Shown: positions 11,366 through 23,958, counted from the whole stretch's first letter. The stretch: DNA of 63,501 nt, filler included, from Salisapilia sapeloensis CBS 127946 (GCA_023334545.1; 6 parts of 6 records of this genome joined end to end with filler, not necessarily neighbours in it); one strand, 5' to 3'. Program-made: numbers and translations. The notes: generated from the letters alone by a model not told the origin.

Positions 11366-11927
11366 ATCCAATCCACTTGGTCTTGACAAACTGACTTGAA
11401 AAGTCACGAGAGCGGAAGATTGCCGTGAACAAGCTACTTCAATCTACGCGAAGCCTTTGGATCGTTGTAGAAACTGCTTAGTATCCGTTCGGCTGATTTT
11501 AGACTGAAACTAATCACTGCGTTTGACTCTATTTTCGAATTGGAAATTTTGCATCAAAGTTGCCAATACATCTGCAACTGGTTGCTTCTCCACCCTCTTT
11601 TCTTACGTAATGACGATCATCAAGATTTACGAAAAAGTAGGCGTCTTACGGGCTTTTGAATGGATGAAAAAGATGCATACCAAGCATTAATTCCAGTTGA
11701 TTTAGAGGAAACATGCATATTTCACAACTGCGGACGTTTGGGTACTGTTGAATGAGTACAATGCGCTGGATTGTGGTGGTAGACATGCTAATCCTCATGA
11801 ATCAACAGCAATCCAACACAGAACATATATTGCTCCGAAAGAGATGATAAAACTCAAGTACACGCATTGCTTATGGTAGAAAGTGAAAGATAAAGTAATT
11901 GGCTTGTAATGTAGAGCAACGTGCTAT

Positions 11928-12398
11928 CTATTGATTCTCCAACGAGTCGACAGGTGCAGCTCCTGGATTCGGGTTTTGAATCACAATCAACGCATACTCC
12001 TTATCTACACGCGAATCACACACTTTAGAACCAAAAATAATATTTCAAAAGGCAGGTACGAACCGGGGGCAATCATAATCTCATGCTTTTTGGAGCGGAG
12101 ACGAAGGAATGTCAGATCGTTCGTCGGATCCAACGTTCGGATCGTAGACTTTGCTTTCGCTGCCAGTTGAGCCACCAGAGCTGCGTGGTCTGTCGCAAAT
12201 TCTTCATCACTAGAGCTCGTGTAGATCGGTACTCCTTCCTGGTTTACAATGAGCACGGCTTGGACGCCACGATGGCTCCGAAGTCGCTTAATAGTTTCCT
12301 CTGCTTCATAACCAGGCTATAAAAGTAGTAGAGAACAACCATGTAAGCGTACACGTTTATCATTTATGCAAAAGATGGTTAGAAGAGGTAGAGACCAT
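11928..12398 (-). CDS. DYNLRB: Dynein light chain roadblock/LC7 (spliced)
   Basis: Exon EETIKRLRSHRGVQAVLIVNQEGVPI..DPTNDLTFLRLRSKKHEIMIAP, intron ~12005-12063, then DKEYALIVIQNP..stop at 11928. The first mini-exon/start is uncertain (ATG at 12398 or ~12368). Confidence 0.85.
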
Positions 12399-12528
12399 CG
12401 TGATCCAAGTGCGCGTGTTTTAGCGTCGCTTCGGATGAAGTTGCGTTCAAAATAAAAATAAAAGTGAGACGAATCGAATTATTAGATTCAAAGGAACTTC
12501 AATCTCTTCAGACTTGATGCTCTTCCTT

Positions 12529-14185
12529 CTACTTTCTAAACCTTAGTGTAGCAGCTTCTGGATTAAAGTCTGGTGTCTCGATGAACTGGAGGAAAAGGTT
12601 GTTCAGTCGTTTGCGTAGTCCCTCTAAACTCTTTTCTTTTCTCCCTCTGCTTAACATGTCTGCTTCGCGATCGATAAGCTCAATAATCTCTCTCGTTAAT
12701 CCACTATCAAACTCCTGTACAGTCCACTTGATATTCAGCAATAGATCGAGACGCTCGTCAACGGAAGATAGGACTCTCTTCAATCCATTATACAGTTGCA
12801 TTAATTCTTCTGCTCGAACAGTGAAAGGAGTATGGACTTCTTTGATGGTCCCGTCACTCATCTGCCACTGCTTTGGGCGAGAGAGAAACCGAAGCATAGA
12901 GTCAATTCGTTGCTTTCGATTCGTATTGTTTGCAGATAGTTTCAGTCGATCAATTGTTTGGAGTAAGTGAGTTTCTTTTGCCAAGATGTCCTCCATCGCC
13001 TTTTGCCTCTCTTCGCTGGACAATTGCATGCTTTGGTTTACTTTACCAACTTCAATTTGTCTCCATTTGGTCAATTCGTTGTACAATACTTCAAAGTCAC
13101 TCGTCTTTTTCGGATGCAAGCGGCGCTCAACTTGCCGTTTTTGGTACTCGGCATCATCGAGTGTATTCTCATGCTTTTCCAATGCGTTAATCTCCTCATG
13201 TCGGCGATGATTTTCACCTATGCTTAAAACGTAAGACCTAGACTTGTATCCACGCCACATTCGTTGGATGAGGAGAACTGCATCCTCCTTCACACTGTCC
13301 AGAAGATCCGAATCAAAGTATGATTTGACGTAAATGTTTCGATCTCCAGCTGAACTGATCACGAGGTCTTTGCGAGCCATCTGAGTGCCAGATTCCCGTT
13401 TAGTCTGTTGAGACCTCGTAACCAACTCTTGTGTCTGTGTGTCCCGGTGGGATCTAGGTGTCTTATACTCACGCCTTGCACGTGATACTACTGTCTATAA
13501 TGCCACATATCAATACAGCTATCCGAGCTTGTGCTAGTTAGTGCTAATATAACTCACCTGACAAGACGCGTGATGAAAGATCTGCTCTGTTAGGCGATGA
13601 CGGAAACCTCCAAGGTAGGGCTTCCTACCACTAAACTTTTCAACATCGACCGTAATGGTCCTGATGTTTTCCTCCTCTGTACAAGACCTTGGTGAGTCTT
13701 TCAATTTAATTTCTGTAACACAAGACATGCTTACCATCAAGAATATGGACAGAAATTTGATTCGGCATGACATAGTCTGTCTCACAAGTGCGCTTCGAGA
13801 TCGATACTTCGAGAGTACGCGTTATGGCAGTATCTTCATTTAAGCCAAATTCACTTAGAGGTAGCTTCGAGATGTCATTTCCAGTCGTAGACTCGAGAGT
13901 TGGAAACGAAATATAATGCTGTGTAAGCTTGAGATCGGATGCTATCGTATTAGATAGTTCCTCGATAGTTGTGTTAGAGGTGGCGATAACTCGATGCCGA
14001 ATTGCATCAGGCTGTAATAGCAGCAATAAGGAGAATCGTGGCGCGTCGTCTACTGGTTTTTCCTCCCGCTGATCCTTACGAGCATCGTCTACCGGTATCG
14101 GATCCGCTCCCTCGGCAGGCACGTCATGCACCTGTTGTTGATCAACGGTCTCCCTCTCCATCTCTTCATTATAGTCTTTATCCAT
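12529..14185 (-). CDS. IQUB: IQ and ubiquitin-like domain-containing protein (flagellar radial-spoke associated; 3 exons)
   Basis: Ubiquitin-like segment in exon 1. RKPYLGGFRHRLT..FHHA in exon 2. IQ motif LLIQRMWRGY, RRLHPKKTSDFEVLYNEL..W and the C-terminal LRKRLNNLFLQFIETPDFNPEA are IQUB hallmarks. Confidence 0.85.
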
Positions 14186-15345
14186 TCTTGTGACTCCACA
14201 AACCCGTTTTCGGTCGAACGGATAAAATTAAGATAACAGCGACGCTTGATATTTCATCGCATCGTCCCAAATGACTTCAACTCTAGATCCTGTGGTAGAG
14301 TATAATGTATGTTCCTACAAACTCCTCCATACATTGCAAATTTGTAGCTATCCAACTACGAAATGCACGTGGGGCAATGCAATATAATAGAAACTTGGAA
14401 TTGATCAAGAAGTATGCTATAGTCTAGACTAACGAGTGGAAGCTAGTAAATCCGTAGTTCCAGACATTTAAAAGACTATGGTCTTTGTCAGCTTGATGAG
14501 TAGTCATGTTGCAAAATAAGAAGCAAGGCTCTCCTACCAGGTAAAGATAGTCTTATGTGCAGGTACGGCTGCTAGTGTGCATTTTTGGACTGTCCTGTAC
14601 AAATTTATAAGGTATCTTTATTAAAGCAAGCAACAAAACGAATATATCTGAATGTATCCGAAGCTATTTGAGTTGCGCCAAGTTGGTAGCATTTCCCATA
14701 CGAAGATTTTTACGAAAATGAATGTTGGAAACCTAGGCATCCTGTTTGCCTTCTCTTCAAGCCCATTCAGTACACTTGCGATATTAATTCTATTTGCACA
14801 TCTTTTGGTTGCTTTCACAGCACTGTTGTGTCTGTATTTACCTCGAAAAGTCTGATACAGAAGATCAACAAGGTTACCAAACGTGAAAACTGTGATTCAG
14901 CAGCAGCTTTTAGGCCGAGAATATCGACTTATCCGTTCATATAAGTATCCTCAATATTGTTGCCTTGATACCATAATTGCTGTTGTGGCAATTCTCTTTC
15001 TAGACCGGCATAAATCACCTGCAAAAGGAGGTATTTCATCGGTATAACAAAGCGAATTGAGCGACTGCTAGTATCGTCCTTATCATGTCTATCATATATT
15101 TTACAATATATTTCCTATTCAACCTGCTATACATAATGGAAATATGTATTTTCTTGTTAGTAGACAACCAAAGCCGTATACAGACGACGGAAGATATGAG
15201 AACGAATAACACTAGAATAATTTCTTATCACCCTTCCTAACTGAAATTTCACTCATGTACTGTTCGTAACAAAGGACCTTTACAAAAACACAAGCCAATC
15301 AAACCAATCGTAGAGTCTACTGACGGCCAGTCAAGCTTTTCTACG

Positions 15346-17163
15346 ATGCTTGCGACGGCACCACCTCCGTCGGATACATTTCACCATCGTCCAGAGCCGT
15401 CTACCACCATCACTCCGCATGCCGATGGTGCTTCATCCCGTTCAGAGCCTCTATCGTCTCTAAAAGCTCAGACCAAGTCGGCCGTCTCACTTGTGAATGA
15501 GCGTCGTTTGGACTTTGTGCCTGCGCGTAAAGCAGCGAATGCATCTTTGAACACCTCGTCGAAAGCACCTCGTGCTTCTGAAACGAAGAATGTGGAAGTA
15601 TCAAGTAAAGCCGATGCACTGGAAGACAAAGTCGAGAGGTTTTTGGCTTGGCAAAAGCCGCATCGTATCGGTCCTGGCTTGTCGAATATGGGCAACACTT
15701 GCTACCTGAACTCGACTCTGCAATGTCTATTGTACACACCTCCATTAGCACAATACTTGCTTCACACGTCCCCATCTGCCAATGCTCAAAAATTTTCTTT
15801 TCTACGTGCCATGGCGAAACTAGTGCAAACAGTGCACGGTTCGAATAAAGTTAAAGGGGCCCATCACTCGATCCAACCTCGAGAGTTTACCAAAAACGTT
15901 CGTCTCCTGTCCAAGCGTTTCCACATTGGTCGACAGGAAGACGCGCATGAGTTCTTTCGTTTGTTACTGGACCACTTTGATGGAAATGTATCGAAGAAGA
16001 AATCAAAGAAAACCATTGTTGACGCCATCTTCGGTGGTACTTTGACCAGTTCCCTCACGTGTGAACATTGCACATATGTTTCCAAGACCGAGGATGCGTG
16101 TTGGGACATGTCGTTGGAGATCGGATCACAGATTACCACTCTCCACCAGGCGCTGGCACATTACAGCGCGATTGAGAAACTAGATGCTGCGAACGCATGG
16201 AAATGTGGCGGATGCAAACGTCCGAGTCGAGCGAAGAAACAGTTGCAGATGACGTCGCATCCGAACGTGCTCGTGTGTCAGTTAAAGCGATTTGACAGTT
16301 TCTTCGGCAAGATTAAAAAACATATTGCGTTTCCTCTTGTTCTGGATATGGCCAAGTACATGCCCAAGGGACGAAAACGGACCAAGTATCAGCTCTCTGC
16401 GGTGCTTGTCCACGCCGGGTTTTCCACCAATAGCGGCCACTACTATGCCTTTGTCCAAGGTGCAAGTGGTCAGTGGTACGAAATGAACGATGATAGTGTC
16501 CGATGGGTGAAACCTGAGACAGTGTTGCAACAAAAGGCGTATATGTTATTCTACACTCGTCTGCCTGCTCCGAAAGAAAAGGTAGCACCGACACCAGCAA
16601 AAGAAAGTGTATCGACCGTTCAAAAAGAAAGTGTGCCCATAAAAGAAAAGAAAGAGGAAGTGGGGGAAAAGAGGACGAGGGACATGGATATGAATGCATA
16701 TTTGGGTAGCTTACGTACACAAGTTCCATCGACGTCGGTGGAAACTTTCCATGTACAGACCGAGAAAACGAATAAAAGGGCGAGGAAGACTTATGCTCCT
16801 GTCTTTAGTGGACGCTTTAATCGCTTCCAACCAACGAAATGGACGGTATTCGAAATGAATATGACGTCGAAGCAGTCGAAACCAGAGGTAGTGCCAACGT
16901 CCGATGTGAAAGACACGCTAGTCAAGTCGACTCAGATGGATAAATGGGGCGAAAACGACATGTCGAGACAACACGATGCAATTCATCAAAATCTCAAACG
17001 AGAAGAGAGACAGCGTCGTAAGGCTGGTGAACAGGACTTTTGGAATGCAACGTTGGATGCAGGGAAGGTGAAAAAAGTCAAGGAAAAGAAAGCGTTTATT
17101 CCGAACCAAGGAAAGAAGAATGCATTCCTTCAAGCATCCAAACGAAAGCAGAAACGACGTTAA
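15346..17163 (+). CDS. Ubiquitin carboxyl-terminal hydrolase, USP36/USP42-like
   Basis: Cys box GLSNMGNTCYLNSTLQCL, QEDAHEF, His box AVLVHAGFSTNSGHYYAF, WYEMNDD, AYMLFY. Basic C-terminal tail with LDAGKVKKVK. Confidence 0.9.
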   Translation: MLATAPPPSDTFHHRPEPSTTITPHADGASSRSEPLSSLKAQTKSAVSLVNERRLDFVPARKAANASLNTSSKAPRASETKNVEVSSKADALEDKVERFLAWQKPHRIGPGLSNMGNTCYLNSTLQCLLYTPPLAQYLLHTSPSANAQKFSFLRAMAKLVQTVHGSNKVKGAHHSIQPREFTKNVRLLSKRFHIGRQEDAHEFFRLLLDHFDGNVSKKKSKKTIVDAIFGGTLTSSLTCEHCTYVSKTEDACWDMSLEIGSQITTLHQALAHYSAIEKLDAANAWKCGGCKRPSRAKKQLQMTSHPNVLVCQLKRFDSFFGKIKKHIAFPLVLDMAKYMPKGRKRTKYQLSAVLVHAGFSTNSGHYYAFVQGASGQWYEMNDDSVRWVKPETVLQQKAYMLFYTRLPAPKEKVAPTPAKESVSTVQKESVPIKEKKEEVGEKRTRDMDMNAYLGSLRTQVPSTSVETFHVQTEKTNKRARKTYAPVFSGRFNRFQPTKWTVFEMNMTSKQSKPEVVPTSDVKDTLVKSTQMDKWGENDMSRQHDAIHQNLKREERQRRKAGEQDFWNATLDAGKVKKVKEKKAFIPNQGKKNAFLQASKRKQKRR

Positions 17164-17183
17164 GAAACGAAAGTATTCATTGC

Positions 17184-17432
17184 TTAGTCTTGCATTTGTC
17201 TAGTTTTCGGCCGATTCATCTTGGCATTTAGTTCCTTCTTGAGCATCTCCCGTCGCGTTAGCTTTTGGTTGAATAGATTAAGACCCGTTTTCTTTGAGTC
17301 AGCCAGGACGTCATGGGTGCTCATTTGTGCCCCAATTCTTTTCGCTTTTGCTTTTAAGGGCATGGAGTGGGCATCACAGGTGGCAATGAGTAGGAGAGCG
17401 AGAACGAGCAGGTGGCATAGAGCTGTCTTCAT
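17184..17432 (-). CDS. Small secreted Lys-rich protein (82 aa), effector candidate
   Basis: ATG in CAAACATG context. Signal-peptide-like MKTALCHLLVLALLLIATCDA; mature part basic and Cys-free. No homology recognised. Confidence 0.55.
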   Translation of the reverse strand: MKTALCHLLVLALLLIATCDAHSMPLKAKAKRIGAQMSTHDVLADSKKTGLNLFNQKLTRREMLKKELNAKMNRPKTRQMQD

Positions 17433-19449
17433 GTTTGGTAGGAGGATTTTCGAGAGTGAACTGCTGGAAAGAATAGTGAAACTATTGCCTACTTGAAAAG
17501 ATCTCGTGACCGTTGGCGTGTCTATTCCTATTTATAGTTATGGGACGCTTGAATAGATGCCATTTCATTCCGAAGGCAAATTTCGATGGGTGAACATCGC
17601 TTTAATGGCGTAATGAAGACATATAGGTCAATTTCATTATCCCCGCTGTTTGCCAACGCCATTTGTGAGTGAATTAGAGATGAAGAACAAGCGATGACGG
17701 TCATGCATGTAATAAGCAAATCTTTGATCTTACGTAGGATACACTTGTCGCATTGTAGTGTGCTAAAGGATAAGAGCAATGTATGCTAGATCCATTGTTT
17801 CTTACTTTTAAAATCCTTTAGCTAAAAGAAGATGGACTAAAAGACACGCAGATCTTACCAAATAATTTGATAATCCGATTTGAATGGGGCAACTTTCAAA
17901 GAACGCATCAGCCTCACGATCCTTCCGCACCTACTTCACTAAAACTTCAAACCAAAGTAGAGGTAGTTCTATCATCAAATCCGGTGGATATGTGGACTTA
18001 TCTTTGTGTACTTGTGAATAGAGTACGTCTTCAAAAGTCCATAAAGATTTACCCTAAAGTGTCGATGCTGCCTATTTTAGCCGGCATTGGCATCTCCTAC
18101 CATCCTTCCATTGATTCACGATCTTATGCCGAATGAAAGTGTATCTTAATTGGCGATTTGGCTTTGCTTAACAATCCCTTAACTCTTTCACATTGCATGA
18201 AACCAGTCAACTTTACGAGTCGATTTACTTGTCTTCTGACAAAATGTGTGCAGGAAAAACAACTCGCAATGTACGCATTTGGTACCGTCACAGAACATGA
18301 CATAAATAAATGGTGTTGAAGTTCTCTCAAGTCATTTGGACAAAGCTCACAAAGAGTTTACATAACTTTATCAACTATTTCGGCCGGACGTCATTATATT
18401 AGTTGCAGTTCTTACCAATTCTATGTCTGCTATCAAAATATGTGCTACACTACTCCAATTTAAAAGCTTTAGCACTGCTTCTCCTCGTCAAAGCAGATTC
18501 ACCTCCCGTCGAAATGCTGGTTCTTCATTCATTTTTTCACTTAAAAAGAGCAACTCCCAATAGATGACTTGACTCGATTGTTACAATAACTGTTGTCAAA
18601 CCAGCGCATTAGGCAAGAATGAGTTAGTTGAGACACATTTAACATTCCAAGCGTGAAGCATTGAAGTATAGCATGACTTTTTAATGCAAACTATCAAGCC
18701 GCAATCATAGCACCGATAAATCTAAGGACTAAGGACTAATTACTTCTACTCAATTTCCAAGTTTCCAACGACTTTAAATGTAAGTATCTGTGCATGAGAT
18801 TTAACATCGGTCCAAGGCGTCAGGTAAGAGGCCCGATAAAAACTGCGTCGAATGCATTTGGGCGACTCTGGAACAGGATTAAGCTAAAAGACTTCTGCAT
18901 TTTAACGCTATGTGCTCTACACTGCCAAACCAAAAGCAGTCAGTACTAACGCCACAAGGTTCAAACAAATGTCACGGTTATGGCGCCATCATCTTGCCGC
19001 TCTTTTGAGTTAGGTCGCCTTTGTGTCAAATTATGCTACTCTCACGTCGAGATATGTCGCTGCTGTGCCGAATTTATCTACCTCGACACATCAATAACCT
19101 ATCTCGACATAGTGACGACATAAAAGTTGTGTAAGTCAACACAAAAGTGAGCTTCCTCAACATAGCGGCAACTTAACGGCAGCATAACTCGATTTTTTTA
19201 CGCTCACGCTATCTTTATCTGTTGCTAAAATGCATCGGCATGATAGAAAGTAGTCTTCTGCAGGTACCAAGTCACGAGGACAGCAAGTAGTGTTGTTAAC
19301 AATGTCTATCACCCCTTTTTAAAACCCTTGACAGCATGTACGAGCAATTAAAAAGCAAAGCGCTTTGTTTGAAGCTTGCGTTGTCGAGCCGAAAGACTGT
19401 TCATTGCATTTATAGCATAGCTCCTACTAGATTACATGTAATCCAGCTA

Positions 19450-19549
19450 NNNNNNNNNNNNNNNNNNNNNNNNNNNNNNNNNNNNNNNNNNNNTTAATTA
19501 ATTAANNNNNNNNNNNNNNNNNNNNNNNNNNNNNNNNNNNNNNNNNNNN
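19450..19549. other. Artificial contig linker (44 N + TTAATTAATTAA + 44 N)
   Basis: Fixed 100-nt spacer carrying a palindrome with stops in all six frames; identical at five sites. Confidence 0.97.
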
Positions 19550-20345
19550 CGAAATAATAGCGAAGAGCTCACTAGCGCAAGTAAATCGAAGAGCTTACCG
19601 AGCCTCTCGCGCGCTTTTTTAATTTGCACATGTCGAGCACCATGCATGCCTTGAAGGCTTCTCGAAGACCATTTCCTCCTGATTGCATCTAAAACAAAAG
19701 ATCACTTGCTATTGAACTCCTCGTTTGATGAGAAAGCTATGTTGAAGTGTTTCACTAGGTTTCCAATGGCAAGTCGGAAAACAAATCGGCTATTCTCAGG
19801 GAACGTAGAATTGTCCAAGTTGGTTATCATGAATCGAACTACAAAAGGTGAATCCTCAGCTCTGCCGAATCGTTATTCAGCGCGAACATGACCTTTACAA
19901 ATTGAGGTCAACTTGAATGAATCCCATTCACTTTCAGCCGGTACTCTGCATGCGACCTTTCCTTTATGTTCGCATTCACTATAAACATCAAAAAAGAAGT
20001 CATTTGTGCCCTTTTCTCCCACGGGACCGGCTAGCTACTTCAGACCGGGTACTTGAAACTTTTCACTCTCTAGCGTCACCTTTACTCCATTCAGGAGACA
20101 ATCCCAAGACGAAGTCGATAGCAAGTACAGTTCCCACCTAAACTCTGATACGAAAGCTCTACATAGTCCTAAAATTCCTCAAATGTCACTACAAATCGCA
20201 CCAGGAAGTAGATAATTGGAAATTTGGATGAAAAAAGACTTCGCGACATCCACCTCAATTTATTTTTTCTTAGAACTGAAATTACTATATGTACACCTTT
20301 TCATGAATCAACATGATGTATATTTAGCGAGCACAATCTATTATC

Positions 20346-21744
20346 ATGGCGTCGAACGTGATTTGGGATCAAGTACAGGGCACTTCCTGCTCACTCAGCA
20401 AGGTTGAGAATGCACTACAGCAATGTGATGCCAGCGACCTATTGATGGACGGATGGACACCAGTCCATTTCGCCTGTGAAAACCGCTTTCTGAACGACTC
20501 AGATCGAGCATCGATCATTCGTGTTTCCGCCAAGCACAAGGTCGACGTACAAGCCGTTGACGAAGTACGTGCACCCTTCAGACAATAAATACATAAACTT
20601 ACATGCACGCTAGAGTGGATGGACAGCTCTGCATCTTCTATGCAAGAACAAAGGAAGGAGCGATTCCATCGATGTCAGCTCCAGTATCCAGCAGCTTACG
20701 AAAGCCAAGGCGAATATCAATGCCACAATCACGGTAGATAGTGTTCATCCTATACATTAAAGCACATGCTAATCCTCGTACTAGGCCTCACAAAAGACAC
20801 CTCTGCATTTGTTATGCGAAAATGAGGCCATATCTACCGAATCGCTCGACTCCTTGTTGTCCGCAGGGGCCAGTGTCTCGGTCACAGATGAAGACGAGAA
20901 CACACCATTCCATTTCCTAGCATCAAACCCGTCACTATCAGACAGTCTACTCAAGTCACTCCTCTCTAAGAAACCGGATGCAAATATCCGCAACAATTTC
21001 CAGGAGACACCATTCCACTACTTGGCTCAGAATGCTTCGATCACGCCGTCCATGGTCTCAGACATGCTCAAGCACAAGGCGGATCCGAACGCTCCTAATA
21101 ACATTGGCAACACGCCTCTCATCATCACGTGCGAGAACTCTAACGTGACGGTCGACATCTTACGACAATTCCTCGACTCTTCCTCCGTCAATACAGCCAT
21201 CACGAACTCTCTAGGGAAGACAGCGTTCCAGTCGCTTGCCTCCTCCAACACCCAATGCATCAACTTTATGAAGCAACACGTCGCACAAGGCTTTACGCCC
21301 CTAGCGAATGTCCACACTGCCACAATCGGTGGAGAAGACGCTGACGAGCTACCTGATCCAGCCTTAAAGAAGCGTTTGTCTGCCTGGAACGACTCCCTCC
21401 CACCCTTTGACTCTTCCTTCTACCTAGCTGTATGCTGCGACCCAAACTTCCAATCGACATACGACGAGTTACAGGACTTGTCTGCTCAAGTCGTAGGGTC
21501 TCCAGACAAAAATATGGTTGCGCGATGGGAAGACGGACTGGCCAAGTGGCGACACTGTGTCGTGACAGCCTTTGCTGCTCTCGTACCTCCGAAGCAATGG
21601 GACTCCTACTCGCAGCAGTTCCATCGCCGTATTCCATCAGAACTCACAAAAGTCCAGAAGAACGTGACTCGTATCTGGAGTGAACATGCGGATGAAAACG
21701 ATCGAGGACGTCGTATACAAGAGATGAAGAAACTTTTAACATAA
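20346..21744 (+). CDS. Ankyrin-repeat protein (3 exons)
   Basis: Repeats GWTPVHFACEN, GWTALHLLCKN, KTPLHLLCEN, NTPFHFLASN, ETPFHYLAQN, NTPLIITCEN. Introns GTACGT..CTAG (~20565-20614) and GTAGAT..CTAG (~20734-20783). Confidence 0.85.
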
Positions 21745-21774
21745 ACCACATCTTTTTCTGCCTCCACAACCATT

Positions 21775-23958
21775 TTATTTCTCGACAAACACTAGTTCAT
21801 GATCTGGACAATCCGCTTCGACTTTGTACTTGTGAAAGAGTGCTTCGACTTTGGCATAGTACGCTTCATGTACCTTGGCAATTTGTTCTGACGTCGGATT
21901 CGTAACCTTGCTCACATCCATGGCAGATCCGATGACAACTACCACGTACTTCTTCCTCGGAATCGGCAAGAGTAAACGTCCATGCGGCCAGAATGGAACT
22001 GGGAACGCGACGTGCTTTACAAACCACTTCTGTAGCATCGGCATCCGGACGTTGTCCAAGACCTCGGCTTCATTAAAGCTAAGCATCGGGACTAGCGGAG
22101 TCCCATGGACCATAGCCATGCGGATGAAACCACGATGCCTCGTTAGTATACGCACTTGTTTCTTGCCAGACTGTTGTTCCAACATCTCGGACTGTCCACC
22201 AGGTACGAGGAGGACACTCTCCTTGTTCTCGAGTGCCGACGCAAAGGATTGACGCGTCACTTCCCTCCCACCAAAGAACTGTAAGACGTCTCGAGCAAGT
22301 GGAATCTGATGCAAGATACTAGCAACAAGGATATGAGGTGTGAGGTTTGGAAAGTGCTTTCGCCAACGCTCTGTGAATGGCAAGTACATGACTGTCGTGG
22401 CCATGATACCATGCGGTTGAAAGCAAAAGACATAGTTACGACTACTATTCAGCTCTTCCTCTCGGATGATACGACTCTGGAAGTACTTGTCTACTTGCTC
22501 GATACACCGGCTTTTGCCATACATCCAAGACTGGCGTACTCGACAACCTGTTTCTTCCGGAAAACCTCTGTACGTGAACATGTATGTGTAGACGAAGAGA
22601 GCAAGGCAAGACACAGGTAGCAGAGCTTCCATGCTGTGGATGTAGTGGTAATAAGTGGCGATACCAGGGACACTGATGATGAGCAGTTGAGGAAGAGCAT
22701 ACTTTGGATGGTAGACGCTGACACTGTCATCATGACCATGGTTTGAATCCTGGAGGTAGCAACGCATAGCAATGGAGCGGACAGCTACGAGTAGGAACTC
22801 AATGATAAAAGTGCCACCAGTGTACATGACGACGCCAAAGCTATCGAGGTTGGTCGTCAAGCGGTACAGGACAAAGGTGAGTGCACCTGGGATGTATTGG
22901 ATGTTCGTGAGGAGACCAATGGTCAATGCGCCAACACACTCATCAGCTACAGCTCGTAGTCGAGAGATGACATCCGGTTCCACGCTGTCGTCCTTGTCTC
23001 GAAAGACGAGCAGTGAGACCATCATGAGTACATGCGAGATGAGAAAGAGGGATGCAACGACGATCATGGCACCAAAGAAGAGCTCGAGCTCGATCACCAA
23101 CATGGATATCAGGTACAGTGCCTGGATGAAGACACCTACACCAAAGCATGTCCAGCTAAGCGATTGAAATAGCACGAACTGCGCTCCGCCCGTGAACGGT
23201 TGGTAGAACTTCCACGTGCGTTTCGCTGTAAAGACACCTCCGAGTCCGTACGTGTTAAACACGGCTGTGAAGACGAGCGCGAGGGAGCCTACAGCTGTGG
23301 CAAAAGCGTACGTACTTGAAGTGCCAGCGACATGGCGAGCGGACTCGGACCCGAGGGCGAGGAAGATGGCACTGACGACTAGGAGCATGTTATTGAAGTT
23401 GTTTACGAGCGAGAAGAAGCGTCCTTTGCCAGCGACGTTGGGAGACGTCCGCTGCTTCCATCCGAGCGTCAGAATCGACGAGATCAGGAGTACTTCGGCG
23501 ATGAGAGCAGCGACGGCCGCGCCGGATTGATACCCAGTAGAACAGTCTCTTGACTGTGGGCAGTAGGAACCAACGAGTAAAAAGACTAGATATAGTGCCC
23601 ATGCAACGGCTTGGTAGATGGCAAACGTCTTGTTGGCAAAGAGACGGTCTGCAAATCGCACCGGTACGGGCTCTCCTTGCATTCCACGAGTACATGCGAG
23701 CGTGTACTTGTCCGTGAGCAAGAGCGACCAAGCAATACCGCTCGTAATAGGCAGAGCAGTCGCCAACACGATGGCTGCGATCGCACTCATCTCGCTTCCG
23801 ACGCTACGTGAGACCGTCGAAAGCGCATGTACCCGTGCGATATCAGCAAAGACACATAGCGCAAACGCTACAAAGACAACGAGAGCTGCAAAGGCGAGTA
23901 ATAGACCACGATAGCTCCAATATTGCATGTGCTTTCTTCGCGACGGTTGACTGGTCAT
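21775..23958 (-). CDS. Diacylglycerol O-acyltransferase type 2 (DGAT2/MOGAT family) with long multi-TM N-terminal extension
   Basis: 727-aa intronless ORF. C-terminal domain YVFCFQPHGI, LLVPGGQSE, RHRGFIRMAMVHGTPLVP, VVIGSAMDV. Many hydrophobic segments upstream. Confidence 0.88.
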   Translation of the reverse strand: MTSQPSRRKHMQYWSYRGLLLAFAALVVFVAFALCVFADIARVHALSTVSRSVGSEMSAIAAIVLATALPITSGIAWSLLLTDKYTLACTRGMQGEPVPVRFADRLFANKTFAIYQAVAWALYLVFLLVGSYCPQSRDCSTGYQSGAAVAALIAEVLLISSILTLGWKQRTSPNVAGKGRFFSLVNNFNNMLLVVSAIFLALGSESARHVAGTSSTYAFATAVGSLALVFTAVFNTYGLGGVFTAKRTWKFYQPFTGGAQFVLFQSLSWTCFGVGVFIQALYLISMLVIELELFFGAMIVVASLFLISHVLMMVSLLVFRDKDDSVEPDVISRLRAVADECVGALTIGLLTNIQYIPGALTFVLYRLTTNLDSFGVVMYTGGTFIIEFLLVAVRSIAMRCYLQDSNHGHDDSVSVYHPKYALPQLLIISVPGIATYYHYIHSMEALLPVSCLALFVYTYMFTYRGFPEETGCRVRQSWMYGKSRCIEQVDKYFQSRIIREEELNSSRNYVFCFQPHGIMATTVMYLPFTERWRKHFPNLTPHILVASILHQIPLARDVLQFFGGREVTRQSFASALENKESVLLVPGGQSEMLEQQSGKKQVRILTRHRGFIRMAMVHGTPLVPMLSFNEAEVLDNVRMPMLQKWFVKHVAFPVPFWPHGRLLLPIPRKKYVVVVIGSAMDVSKVTNPTSEQIAKVHEAYYAKVEALFHKYKVEADCPDHELVFVEK

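Noticed and set aside
14186-14230. Short shared words (GTCACAAG, TCCGTTC, Myb-like AACGG) upstream of flagellar genes IQUB and DNAI1
   Set aside because: Motifs are 5-8 nt, not positionally fixed, and absent from the roadblock promoter. They cannot be distinguished from chance without genome-wide statistics.
17500-18550. Possible pogo/Tc5 transposase relic (RRSSAKAFKLE-like HTH fragment on the minus strand)
   Set aside because: Only a few residues resemble the motif, stops are frequent, and no TIRs or DDE triad were found.
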